The notes: generated by a model from the letters alone, not told the origin. Counted from the first letter of the whole stretch, positions 12,561-24,775 are shown. The stretch is DNA of 63,813 nt, filler included, from Basidiobolus ranarum (GCA_040143965.1; 44 parts of 44 records of this genome joined end to end with filler, not necessarily neighbours in it), one strand, 5' to 3'. Made by a program: numbers and translations.

Positions 12561-13031
12561 TCAATCTCTACCACGCACAAATTGTGCCACAATATTAGTG
12601 AAATACTCTCCTTGGTGAGTGGCCACTTCCAGTTCTTTCACCGATGGCATTCTTGATCCATCTCCGTTAGTAATGGTACCAGAGCCATAAGCACTCCCTC
12701 CAACTACCTCTGTGTTATCACTCAAGTGAGGTGAGGTGAAGCCCAAAGGAACATAAATGATTCCATGGTGAGCAAGAGTAGTGAGGGAGGTCAAGGCAGT
12801 GGTTTCTTGTCCTCCATGCTGGGAGGCAGTAGAGAAGAAGAAGGTGGCCATTTTCTTGGTGTAGGCACCACGAGCCCAGAAGGCACCAGTGGCATCCCAG
12901 AATGCACGCCATTGGCCAGGCATGGCTCCATATCTGGTAGGAACACCGAAGATAAGGCCATCAGCTTCCTCCATAAGCTCAGGAGTGATGACCGGAATGT
13001 CAGGCTTAGGTGGAGCATGCATCTTGTCGAG
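12561..13031 (-). CDS. Flavodoxin-like NAD(P)H:quinone oxidoreductase (WrbA/Pst2 family), C-terminal part of the upstream copy
   Basis: PTRYGAMPGQWRAFWDATG, STASQHGGQETT, GGSAYGSGT..DGSRMPS. Merged with the other half it gives an intronless 207-aa protein. Confidence 0.95.
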   Translation of the reverse strand, partial: LDKMHAPPKPDIPVITPELMEEADGLIFGVPTRYGAMPGQWRAFWDATGAFWARGAYTKKMATFFFSTASQHGGQETTALTSLTTLAHHGIIYVPLGFTSPHLSDNTEVVGGSAYGSGTITNGDGSRMPSVKELEVATHQGEYFTNIVAQFVRGRD

Positions 13032-13133
13032 NNNNNNNNNNNNNNNNNNNNNNNNNNNNNNNNNNNNNNNNNNNNTTAATTAATTAANNNNNNNNNNNNN
13101 NNNNNNNNNNNNNNNNNNNNNNNNNNNNNNNAT

Positions 13134-14030
13134 GATGTTTCTCCCATTTTTGATGAAGAGCAAGCAGTTAATGAAGATCTAGAAAGAGGATGGCCTGCAT
13201 TCTCATTCATCATAGTGCACAATTTAGCTGATTCAGCCAAACCAACCAGTGAGCTTTTTACATCTAGAGAAGAGTCAGCTCCAAGGAGTGTGCCACCAGA
13301 GAGACATACCAGTTTAATGTGTACTACTGCACAACAGCAACAAAGGCTAACCATAAGAATTGTTGAATCTTCCACTTTGTTGGTGGAAGATCTGACACTT
13401 GAGAGAGATCTACTAAGACAGCAATCCATTACAATGAGTACCCCCACAAGTCCAAGACAACAGGTGTTTGAGAGAGATAGTGAAGCTCTTTCTGAGCTTG
13501 AAGAAGCCACAACAGTTGAACACAAACCTCAAGGTATACAATATGCTCCAACAAACTCCACCATGCGACAAAGGTCGTGGCGGCCGGTCAAAAGAGATGA
13601 AGCTTCAGCCATGGTTGAAGAGGCAAGAACTGCCATACACAAACCCCAAGGTATACAACTTGCTCCATCACATACTGGAATGCAGCCATGGCAATGGTCA
13701 GTCAAAAGAGATGAAGCTTCTACTGTGGTTGAAGAAGCAACAACTGCCAAACACCTACCTCAAAGTAGAAAACTTGCTCCAACAAGTACTGCCATGCTAC
13801 CATGGTCATGGACCGTCAAAAGAGATGAAGCTTCTACCATGGTTAAAGAAGCAAAAACTGTCAAACAGGAACCTCAAGTGAGACATTCCGGGTCAACACG
13901 CAGAGCTGTGCACCAGCAGCAGTGGCTTGTTGACCCATTAAGTGAGGGCTCCACATATGAAGAAGAGACTGTAGATACAAGCAAACCGCAAACTAGACCA
14001 GATGAGGCATTGCATACCACAATGCATTGA
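13134..14030 (+). CDS. 5'-truncated ORF (~298 aa) with 38-aa tandem repeats, unknown function
   Basis: The frame is open from the contig start. Repeats KRDEAS..VEEA.T..H.PQ...W.V. Confidence 0.55.
   Translation, partial: DVSPIFDEEQAVNEDLERGWPAFSFIIVHNLADSAKPTSELFTSREESAPRSVPPERHTSLMCTTAQQQQRLTIRIVESSTLLVEDLTLERDLLRQQSITMSTPTSPRQQVFERDSEALSELEEATTVEHKPQGIQYAPTNSTMRQRSWRPVKRDEASAMVEEARTAIHKPQGIQLAPSHTGMQPWQWSVKRDEASTVVEEATTAKHLPQSRKLAPTSTAMLPWSWTVKRDEASTMVKEAKTVKQEPQVRHSGSTRRAVHQQQWLVDPLSEGSTYEEETVDTSKPQTRPDEALHTTMH
13587..13928 (+). repeat. 114-bp tandem repeat x3, plus a degenerate upstream unit
   Basis: GTCAAAAGAGATGAAGCTTC at 13587, 13701 and 13815. Confidence 0.92.
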
Positions 14031-14046
14031 CCTCAAGCCACAACTC

Positions 14047-14487
14047 CCCTAACAGAATCTTGAGGATTGCTATAGTAGGAAAACCGTCACAATTTTAATC
14101 CATTTGGGATTGACCATTTACTTACTATCATAAAATTGTCAAGTTATATTTGATTTTAATCAATTTTTTCAGTTCTCAGAGTGAAATTTCAAGATCTCAC
14201 AAAATAGTTGTGCATGATTGGCTACAATCCCAGAGAACTATGGATCAATACATGTGCAAAAAACGTAACTCAAATTATACACAATTACCACTTGAATGCT
14301 AATTTGTCACCTTGGAAATCCCAAGTCTCTTTGATATATTCTCCTTAATATTTTTATAGAGTTCTTCATACCCAAGGTTTAGCTCATACCCAACAAAAGT
14401 TTGTATCAATATCTCCATCAAAGCCCACCATTGTATTAATGTTGCTGAATCACCATTCTTCCAGCTATCTGGCGGATACCCTGCAAT
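14047..14487 (-). mobile_element. CACTA-like element end B (CCCTAACAG) and ORF2 3' end
   Basis: The same end occurs at 24427, 33059 and 35570, and reversed at 20598, 60242 and 62008. Confidence 0.8.
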
Positions 14488-14587
14488 NNNNNNNNNNNNN
14501 NNNNNNNNNNNNNNNNNNNNNNNNNNNNNNNTTAATTAATTAANNNNNNNNNNNNNNNNNNNNNNNNNNNNNNNNNNNNNNNNNNNN

Positions 14588-15943
14588 TCAATCCAATCTT
14601 AGCAACCAGGTGTTTAATGGTTTTCTTACACATTTACCACACTTGATTGGCAATTGTTGTTTGCCACAAACCTGGTACAACTGAAAACTACTTATCAGTT
14701 GTATGACTTACAATCCTTCAGTAATTGTACTACCTTCATGTCCAAATTGTTGTTTGGCTTTGACCAGTGATCTGAAAAACCTGAAGTCATGTACTGTTTG
14801 TACACAATTGGCAATAACTGAATCAGATAAATATCATTCATACTTGGCTTACATACCACTGATTCCCCTTCTTAAAGTTTTGATGAAATCACCCAAAATA
14901 GATTATTGTGTTGAGGTCTATTGTCTTTATCATATTTGTTATCTCTATCTTTATACACCTAACTTTTCATATATCACATATAAGATAGTTAAGATTAATT
15001 AGTCGAATATCACTTTACTGCAAATTGGAACATATAAAGTATTTATATATTTTGGTGGAAATACAGAAAACCAACACTGGAGTTGTGTTCAGAACATGTG
15101 TGGGAGTAAAATGAACTAACTATAGGGCAATTTGGAGAAGTTTGAATTTCCAATATGGAATTGCTAATTCTCACATTATTCAAATATCCTAAACAAAAAT
15201 AAAATTGATTTGATCCAGATTGTATACATGCTCTGACAGAGCAAAACCATCAGAGAACCATCACAATATTGGCGGCTTGCATTCAGCCAGGGATTTTGAT
15301 GGTGTGATGGTGGTTTCTTGACAGTATTTTGATGGTTTTCATACATGTTAAAATATTGATCCTCAAATTTGGCATGCATTATTCAATATCCAGCAATTTT
15401 TGCAAAAATATAGTTTTTGAATGGCAAATTACTGGATTTGCTACTGTAGGAATTTGAATTAATATGCATGCCTTTATTTAGATATATCAGGCTTTTTATT
15501 CCAGCCATAATGAGAATCAAAAAATACAATATAGCTGAGTAAGCAGTATTGGAATGTTGTTGAATAGTAAGTGCATGGTGCCTAATAGGAAGCTCTGGCT
15601 CCAGCTGATCCCATTTAGCAATATAATCTTAGGCTTACAGCTAATACCAAGTTTGATGTTGGACTGACTATTTGGTGAATTGATGTTAGTGATCATGTTG
15701 AAATCTGACCAGGCTCTTGATGGTAAAATCATGGAGTTTAGTGTTGTGTTTGGATAGTAGTAATGTGTATGCCTGATAGAGTAAACTCCATTGATTTGAC
15801 AAAATCTACAGCAAGATAGTGCATTGTGCCTGCAAAAACCTCCAAGTTTACTGATGGCAGGAGTGTCACCAATACATACAATGATATTAGCTTTAATAAA
15901 ATATTCACCCATCTGAACCCCATTAGATAACCATTCAAATTCC
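14588..15943. mobile_element. CACTA transposase N-terminal piece (+, 14588-14908), LTR-D (14909-15181), then CACTA end A and transposase (-, 15187-15943)
   Basis: CPNCC..LKSCTVC..YIPLIPLLK is the Tnp2-type Cys cluster. GDTPAISKLGGFCRHNALSCCRFC on the minus strand. Confidence 0.82.
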
Positions 15944-16043
15944 NNNNNNNNNNNNNNNNNNNNNNNNNNNNNNNNNNNNNNNNNNNNTTAATTAATTAAN
16001 NNNNNNNNNNNNNNNNNNNNNNNNNNNNNNNNNNNNNNNNNNN

Positions 16044-17253
16044 TTCAAAAGTATGAAGGGAAAAATGCAGTGCAAGTATGCAGAAAGTGGCTTTAGAAGA
16101 AGAACATTCAACTTTACATTCAGTCTAGTGTTGACCATGCAGATATTGGGGAAGAACTTAGTACAGAGTGGCATAATATTGCAGGGTATCTGCAGATAGC
16201 TGGAAGAATGTTGATTCCGCAACTTTAATACAATGGTGGGTTTGATGGAAATATTGATACAAACTTGTGTTGGGTATGAGCTATACTTTGTGTGTAAAGA
16301 ACTCTATAAAAATGTTCAGGGGAATATATCAAAGAGACTAGGGATTTTGAAGGTGACAAATTAGCATTCAAGCAGTAATTGTGTAAAATTTGAGTTATGT
16401 TTTTCGCACATGTGTTGATCCATAGTTTTCTGAGATTGTAGCCAATCATGTGCAACTATTTTACAAGACCCTGAAATTTCACTCCTGAAACTGAAAAAAT
16501 TGATTAAAATCAAATCTAACTTGATGATTTTGTGACACTAAATATATGGGCAATCCCAAATGGCTTAAAACTGTGACAGTATCCCTTCAATAACAGCTCT
16601 CAAATTCCTGCTAGTGTTACAAAAATGCTTGAAAACATTAAGATATCATCAATTCTATATTATATACAATCTCTAAGCATTGTGTATGATGCAGCAGGGA
16701 ATGTATTGAACACCAGCATAGATTCAGTGTATCTTCTTTAAACATGTAATAAAGTTTTTCATATCTGGTTACAAAATCTTTGCCCGGATGCTATATATGC
16801 CTGAGATCTGCAATTCAAGTTGGAGCCATAAGATTATATTAACAATATCCAAAAACAACTCTAAATGTTGCCAATACTTATCAGGTAGAAATCTTTTCAG
16901 ATTTCACCAGAATATAAACAAATCCAATACTTCCGGTCTTTGAATTCGAGTAAGTGCCTGGATGAGTGAATATTGATGGGAGTCTGGGTCAACTATGATG
17001 ATATCTTGCCATTTTCAAGTATTTTTCCAATTTATTCAAACTTTGATCCAACCTCAATTGGCTCATTCATACTGAATATTCCACTATATAGTTGAGTAAG
17101 TGGTATTGGAGTGTGTTGAATAGCAAGTGCATAGTGCCTAATGGGAAGCTTTGGCTCCAGCTGATGCCCTTAAGCTATATGTTCTTGGGTTTACAGCTAA
17201 TATCAAGTTTGATGTTAAACTGATAATTTGGTGAATTGATGTCAGTGAGTATG
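16044..17253. mobile_element. CACTA-like ORF2 3' end with end B (+), joined to a transposase piece (-)
   Basis: Homologous to 59579-60242 and 55240-55820. Confidence 0.78.
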
Positions 17254-17399
17254 TGTCATGATTCTGATCTTGGCATACTGATCCACTGCATATGGAACTC
17301 TTCTATTATTAGATTATGACATCATATCTACTGTGCCATCCCTTCTTGGCAATCTGGTGTCAGTTCATCCAGATTACCTTATATGGAAGTCATGTTCTT
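17254..17399 (+). repeat. LTR family B, partial
   Basis: Starts TGTCATGATTC. Reverse complement of the end of 45116-45644; another copy at 40756-40947. Confidence 0.8.
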
Positions 17400-17499
17400 N
17401 NNNNNNNNNNNNNNNNNNNNNNNNNNNNNNNNNNNNNNNNNNNTTAATTAATTAANNNNNNNNNNNNNNNNNNNNNNNNNNNNNNNNNNNNNNNNNNNN

Positions 17500-18855
17500 C
17501 TGTAGTTTGCATACGTGATTTTCTTTTCCTTTTGCAATGTATCCCTCTGGTTGATCTATGTATATATCTTCATCAATTTCTCCATTAAGAAATGCTGTCT
17601 TGACATCCATTTGTTCAATCAGCATTGCTTGGTGGGTAGCAATGGCTAGGATTACTCTGTTTGAGGTAAACTTGGCAATGGGAGAAAATGTTTCATCATA
17701 GTCAATGTCATGTTTCTGATCATAGTCCTTTACTACTAATCTTGCTTTGTATCTGGTGATAGATCCATCTGAGGTAAGTTTCAGCTTCAGCAACCATCTA
17801 TTACCAATAGTTTTTCTTCCAGCAGGTAGGTCCACAAGGATCAATGTGTTATTCTTGATTAGGGAGTGAATTTCATCATCAGTGGCTTTTCTCCATTCTG
17901 TGACTTTATCAGATTTCAGAGCTTGTGTCAGATTTTCTGGTTCAGAAAATGCTATATATGCGGATATATTCCACCCTTTTTCTGAATTGAAACTGTTGAT
18001 TTCATGCTCTGTTTGAGACATCCAAAGTCCTTGGTAGAATGGTCAGATGGTTCACTTAGAGGATGTTTCTGATATCCACTTGATAGAATTTCTGAGACCT
18101 GATTGCCTGAATTTTATGATTGATTGCATTCTACCAATAATTGTTTGCATCCAATATCAGCCAAATTGAGAGTTGGATATTTCTTAGGCATGTGATTGGT
18201 CAGAAAATTATTGCCTTGTTTCTGAGCCAATTTCTTAATTCCTGATAGGCTGGAAAAATATCCTTTTTCTGGTTACCATATTTTTCATTGGCAGAGATAA
18301 TATGCCAATTTCCAGAAGCTGGTTCCAAATTATCAGTATCCTCAGAGAAATCATCAGGTTTTCCAGTATAAATTGGTGCATTTCCAGTGCTGCCTAATGT
18401 TTCACTGCTTGTATAGCTGTTTGATTCCAGAAAATCATATGATAGTTTGTTCCCCTTGGTTTTGGTACTTGTAATGAAGTTTGAGACAGGATTATTGCTT
18501 GTTGGTTTTCTGCTAGAAATATTCACCACAGGGATTGGTAATGATTTGAGCGTTTTCATATATTCATTGATGGCTGATGTTTTAGACCTTGTCCTAGATG
18601 TGATATTTTCTAAATTTGAATAATGTCCAAATTTGGCCTAATTCCACTATCTATTTCCAATGTACCATTTTCCAAGTTTGTTTCAGTACTGCTTAGCTCA
18701 AGATTGGTTTCAGAACTTCTTAACTCAGAATTTGAGTTATTGAGAAATTGATTTTCAGCCAAAATCAAATTCCCTTGACTAGAATATTTTAGATTTTCTT
18801 CAATGAATATAGTATCTCTGGAGTTGATGATTTGATTTGTGCCAGCAATTAGGAG
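17500..18855 (-). mobile_element. Ty1/copia integrase-RT spacer and RT
   Basis: [39 protein letters not shown]. Homologs at ~20630-21290 and 41584-42105. Confidence 0.93.
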
Positions 18856-18955
18856 NNNNNNNNNNNNNNNNNNNNNNNNNNNNNNNNNNNNNNNNNNNNT
18901 TAATTAATTAANNNNNNNNNNNNNNNNNNNNNNNNNNNNNNNNNNNNNNNNNNNN

Positions 18956-20023
18956 CAACCATGGTTATCACACCCTTTAGACACCTCACAAAACCCATAT
19001 GATATTGCACTTATAGTTGCTGCTTACACCCTAAAACAACTACCACGCACCTGTGGTGAAATGATGATCCATGTGAAATGGTCAGTATTACTGTATGCTA
19101 ATCTGATTAACAGTGTGTCAGCAAAATCAATGATGGATATATTGCCATGGGTTACGGAGATTCCAGAGTATATTAACCTGACAACAAAGGGCTCTTTTCA
19201 ATGTACTCATGGGTTTTTGCATTGTTGGAGCACAATAACAGCAACAAATCCCAATCCATGGATGCAGAGTAACTCTCTTTATAATTGGACTAATTTCTTG
19301 TGTGATAATCTGATGGTATTTTTAGGAAAGCTGCAAGACAGACTTCTTGGTGAGATAGATCAAGATATGCGGAATTATCATTTTAGCCATGGGGAAATCT
19401 ATTCCAGCAATGACACATCTATGTGTGGCAGGACATTTGTTGACTGCAAGTCAGGGATATATTGGCTGAATTCTTCATGGAGATTTGCCAAAATCCAAGA
19501 GCTTATTCTCAATGTGATTGGTAACAAGAGTCAGCTCTTTGCCAAGTGTCAGTGCTATTCAAAATTTCAGATGTTTAGCAATTTTCCACCTTTAGTTTGC
19601 TGGTAAAGCATATTGATATTGTTGAGTTATCTCTAATCAGTCAAGTATGTGCATATGTGGAGAATAAACAAAATGAGATTCTTGCATTTTTTGATTCTCA
19701 TTATGGCTGGAATACAAAACCCAAAATAACTAAATAAAGGCATGCATATTAATTCAAATTCCTACAAAAGTAAACCCAGTAATGTGCCATTCAAAAATTG
19801 TATTTTTGCAAAAATTGCCAGGTATTGAATAATGCAAGCCAAATTTGAGGATCAAAATTTTAACATATGTGAATATCATCAAAATACCATCATGAAACCA
19901 CCATCACACCATAAAACTCCCTGGCAGAATACAAGCCACCAATATTGTAATGGTTCTCTGATGGTTTTGCTCTTTTGGAGCATGGATACAATCCAGATCA
20001 AATTGATTTTATTTTTGTTAGGG
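18956..20023 (+). mobile_element. CACTA-like transposase C-terminal region and end A (..TTTTGTTAGGG)
   Basis: ORF 19061-19606. Homologous to 26230-26958, 40950-41583 and 61024-61552. Subterminal CCATC repeats. Confidence 0.8.
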
Positions 20024-20036
20024 TAGATCATGTATA

Positions 20037-20311
20037 AGACTTGTTCCATTTTATTGAGCCAGATCAGGCCAGCTAAAAAGTGTGCCAGCACAAATTGGCA
20101 TGATTGGGCACTATCCGGCACAATGTTATTTACCATTTGGGAAACAGTTTATTTTACTTATGTGGTATATTTAAGAAAAGTACTTTTAGACATTATTGCT
20201 CATTCAAAAGATGATGAAAGCTTTATTCATAGTGTCTTAAGTCTAGAGCTCTCAATGGATATCTTTGAGTATGGATGTATTGAGAATTAATCAAGATTTT
20301 GACTACTTTGC
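20037..20311 (-). mobile_element. PHIS element terminus and transposase 3' end, second copy
   Basis: Starts AGACTTGTTCC. Reverse complement of ~4540-4813. Confidence 0.75.
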
Positions 20312-20411
20312 NNNNNNNNNNNNNNNNNNNNNNNNNNNNNNNNNNNNNNNNNNNNTTAATTAATTAANNNNNNNNNNNNNNNNNNNNNNNNNNNNNNNNN
20401 NNNNNNNNNNN

Positions 20412-21766
20412 ATAGTATCAAAATATTGTGACTCTTATACCGTTCAGAAGGAGGAAGATTTAAGTTGATTAAAATTATTGGCCAGCAAGCCTTTCCAACG
20501 GTATATTTGTTTAGTGAGAAACTATCCAGAGCTAATGCAAATGCATGATCATAGGTGTTCTCAAAGAAACCTTAACAATCCTCAAATTTCTGTTAGGAAT
20601 AAATTTGTAAAATCAGCATTCCTTGGTGAGTAGCCATAGCTAAGATTACTCTTATGGAGGTAAACTCAGCAATGGGAGAGAGTGTTCATTATAGTCAATG
20701 CCATGTGACTGAGCATAGCCTTTCACTACTAATCTAGCTTTGCAATAGTTGATAGAACTATCTGAATTAAGTTTCAGTTGCAGCTCCTATCTGTTAGCAA
20801 TAGTTTTTCTTCCAGTTGATAAGTCCAATGGATCCATGTGTTATTCTTGCATAGGGAGTAAATTTCATCATTAATGGCTTTTCTCCATTCCATTGCTTTA
20901 TTAGATTTCAGAGGTTGTGTAAAATTTTCTGGCTCAGAAATGGCTATATGTGCAAATATATATAAGCCTTTTTCTAAATTGAATCAGTACTTTCATGCTC
21001 TGATTTGAGACATCTAAAGTCATTAGGAGAAAGGTCAGAAGTTTCATATACACAAAGTTTCTGAATTTCACTTAGTAGTGTTTCTGAGAGCTTATTGCCT
21101 AAATGATGGAATTGATTGCATACTTGTTGTGATTGATAGCATACTGCCAGTAATTGCTTGCATTCAACATGTGCCATATTGAGAGTAGGATATTTCTTTG
21201 GCACATGTTAGTTGGGAAAACTGTCACCTTGTTCCTGAGCCCAACTCCCTGATTCTTAATTGGCTGGAAAAACATCTTTATTTGACACAAATTTAGGAAA
21301 TTTGGACCTTTGTTGGAATTAGTTTGTATGACTATTTAGTTGAGAGAGAGTGTTGAAATTAGCATTGCCTAAGCACCTACATAGTAATATATAGCTTAGT
21401 ATTTAGTTATCTTATATTTCATTAAGATATTACCCATTATTTTCCATTGTGATTTACTTGTAATTTCTTATCAACCTAGAAGTTCTCATATTCACAGATT
21501 TTCAAACTTGTGCTAGATGCCACAAACTTTGCTCACATGCTTCTTGTACCTTTCTTAACACATTCTACATAGTATTTTGTTTATATATTGACAGAAGTAT
21601 GAATGTCAACTATCAACTCTATTGGAGGATCTTGATATAATGGGGGTAGACTTTGCCCTAACAAAAATAAAATCGAGATGATCCGGATCGGATCCACCCT
21701 CCGAAATAGCAAAACCGTCAGAGAACCGTCACAATATTGTTGGCTTGCATTCTGCCAGGGATTTTG
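20412..21766. mobile_element. Nest: CACTA pieces, copia RT (-), LTR-F (~21311-21620), LTR-A stub, and a CpG-intact CACTA end A (21656-21766)
   Basis: Homology to other copies in the window. CCCTAACAAAAAT is inserted directly into the LTR-A sequence GGGGGTAGACTTTG. Confidence 0.8.
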
Positions 21767-21897
21767 NNNNNNNNNNNNNNNNNNNNNNNNNNNNNNNNNN
21801 NNNNNNNNNNTTAATTAATTAANNNNNNNNNNNNNNNNNNNNNNNNNNNNNNNNNNNNNNNNNNNNACAATCTAGCACTATCACAGAGAACAAGTCC

Positions 21898-23221
21898 ACT
21901 GTTGAAGCACTTTTGCAAAGTTCATGGAATTAAGCAAGAAACTACTGCCCCCTATTCACCTTGACAAAATGGAATTGCTGAAAGAGCTACCAGGACTATA
22001 GTAGAAATGGCAAGATCTATGATAACTGCACAAAATTAATCTCATAACTTTTGGGCAGAATCTGTTGCTACAGCTGTATATTGGAAGAATACAAGTTTTA
22101 CTAGAAGTCTGTCTAACTCTACATCGTATCAAGCTTGGTTTGGAGTTAAACCTGATGTAAAATATTTAAGGATCTTTATATGCATTGCTTATGTCAAAGT
22201 TATGACCAAAAATTGGTCTAAATTTAATCCAAAAAGTAAGAAATGCATATTTCAGGGTTGTTGTAATCAAACTAAGGCCTACAGACTTGTTGATGCCAAA
22301 ATATCTAAGTTAATCAAGTCCCGGGATGCTTTGTTTAATGAAAATGAAAAATTGTCACCCAAAATGACCTCAGATGATGACAAAAATCAATTTTCTCCTG
22401 ATCCAGTCATTCAAATTGATTCAAACCAAAACAATGAAGAAAACAGCATTCCTGTGGACCCTTTAACTGAAACTTTGCCTACTGAAGTGCCCAATACAAT
22501 GCCAGAAGTTGCTGTACCTTTATCCCAAACCAGGAGATCAAATCCAATCAGAAATAGCCCTGTTTACTCTATCCATGAGTCCCAAAATTGGGCCTATGCC
22601 TGCACAGCTCAAATACATGAATCCCAGACTGTAAAAGAAGCCCTGAATGGTCCTCACACAAAATCTTGGTGACCTACAATGGATGGTGAGTAACAGGCTT
22701 TGATTGATAATCAAACTTGAATTTTAACCAACTTACCAGCTGATAGATTATCAATTGGCTGCCAATGGGTTTTTAAAATTAATTACAATTTGGATGGCAA
22801 ATACAAAGGTACAAGGCTAGACTAGTAGTCAAAGGCTATTCCCAAGCACAAGGAATAGATTATACAGAAACTTTTGCTCCTGTAGCAAAGTTTAATTCAA
22901 TTAGATTGATTTACGTAATTGCAGCTAAATATCAGTTGATTATACATCAAATAGATGTAAAAGCTGCTTTTTTGAATTGTAAGCTTGCTGCGGAGATCTA
23001 TATGGACCAGCCAGATGGATTTGTGGATCCAGAAAACCCTAAAAAAGTTTGCAAACTCCAGAAAACACTCTATGGCTTAAAACAATCTCTGAGAGCTTGT
23101 AATAGAAAGATAGATACTTTTTTGGAAACACTCAAATTCCAAAGAGTGATGCTGACTAAAGAATCTACTTCAGGCCAGATAAGACAAACCTAGTTTTATT
23201 AGCCTTATATGTAGATGACCT
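21898..23221 (+). mobile_element. Ty1/copia integrase-RT, preceded by a PHIS end at 21867-21897
   Basis: [43 protein letters not shown]. Homologs at 32361-33058 and 62700-63744. Confidence 0.92.
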
Positions 23222-23321
23222 NNNNNNNNNNNNNNNNNNNNNNNNNNNNNNNNNNNNNNNNNNNNTTAATTAATTAANNNNNNNNNNNNNNNNNNNNNNN
23301 NNNNNNNNNNNNNNNNNNNNN

Positions 23322-24675
23322 CAAAGTTCAACCAAAACACCGTCAAGACCATCAACTTCCAAAATGGTTACTTTGCCTACTATTGAGCAACCCTCCTGAG
23401 AAAAATTGGATAGAATTATTACAACAAGGGAATCACAGGCAGAACACTGTAACAATTTGAATGCAATCAAAAGTAAAAACTATGAAGTTGCTATACAGGC
23501 AATGACAAGCAATAATACTGCAATATTGCAATTAATGCAGTGTTCTGAAGCATTTAGTCAACAGTTAGAGTGTCACTCAACAATGAACCAAGACCTTCAG
23601 AATGCTGTTCTTCAGCTAGAGCAATATGCTGCTCCCTCCATCCATTCTCATATGGGATTTCAATCAATCCCACACCATACATATGGACGTTGCTGTGACA
23701 ATCTAGTAGAGCAGAATATGTGTCTGACCATTAAGGATACACAACATCCCAAAATTGCTTGGGCACATGAAAGTAGAAATCTCATAGGAAAACCGGCAAA
23801 CCAAAAGACTCTGAGTATCAGAGCTGCCATCACTTGCTCTGATGATTAGTGGTTTAACATTTGGAAACTGTTCAGAATCTTGCCCAAAATCACCTGGATT
23901 TCAGTCAATTGTGGAAAAACCAAAAACCAGGTGTTACTCTGAAGGTCCTTGACTTATTTCATATGGCTTATCCTGGGTTTTTGCAAGCAAATGGGAATTG
24001 GGCTAGTATAGGCCTACTCATGAAACATCTCAAAAATGTATGCAATTATCAACTTGGAAAAGAAAGAAAAGCAGCTAAGGAAGTACTGAAGGAGCAGGAA
24101 GCTAGTAAACTCACGGGAAAAGCAAAGTAGCCAGTGAGTTTAGGCTCTACTGTCCCACTTACCAAATTCTTCACACCATTACAAAGATCTGCAATTCCAA
24201 AGTCAGATATACTGGCAAAAGAGCTTAATTGCACCATGGAGCTGGGTACACCAGTTGGAAAAGTGCTAAATTTGGAAGTTTATCCAACACCTAGCATCTC
24301 TCAACAAGCCAAAACACCAGCAAATAAAACTCAAGGCTCTCCAACCTCAACTGATACTTTTTAAAGCATTGAAGTTAGCCCCACAGTTAAAGGCAAGCAA
24401 AAAGCCACACAAACACTGCAAAGCACCCCTAACAGAAATTTGAGGATTGTTATGGTAGGAAAACTGTCATAATTTTAATCCATTTGGGGTTGACCGTTTA
24501 CTTACCGTCATAAAATTGTCAAATTAGATTTGATTTTAATCAATTTTTTCAGTTTCAGGAGTGGAATTTCAAGATCTCGCAAAATAGTTGCAAATGATTG
24601 GCTAAAATCTCAGAGAACTATGGATCAACACATGTGCAAAAAACGTAACTCAAATTTTACACAAGTACCACTTGA
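23322..24675 (+). mobile_element. CACTA-like ORF2 interrupted at 24427 by end B of the same family
   Basis: ORFs 23406-23849, 23861-24130 and 24134-24364 are collinear with other copies. CCCTAACAGAAAT at 24427. Confidence 0.8.
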
Positions 24676-24775
24676 NNNNNNNNNNNNNNNNNNNNNNNNN
24701 NNNNNNNNNNNNNNNNNNNTTAATTAATTAANNNNNNNNNNNNNNNNNNNNNNNNNNNNNNNNNNNNNNNNNNNN

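Noticed and set aside
12765-13083. Overlapping plus-strand and alternative-frame ORFs around the quinone reductase
   Set aside because: These are shadow ORFs of a codon-biased gene.
10217-14030. Gene cluster of transporter, reductase and repeat-peptide precursor
   Set aside because: These are three separate contigs that are adjacent only because of length sorting.
20030-20290. Conserved small protein (also 4579-4830)
   Set aside because: It is the antisense reading of the PHIS transposase tail and terminus; the similarity reflects repeat copies.
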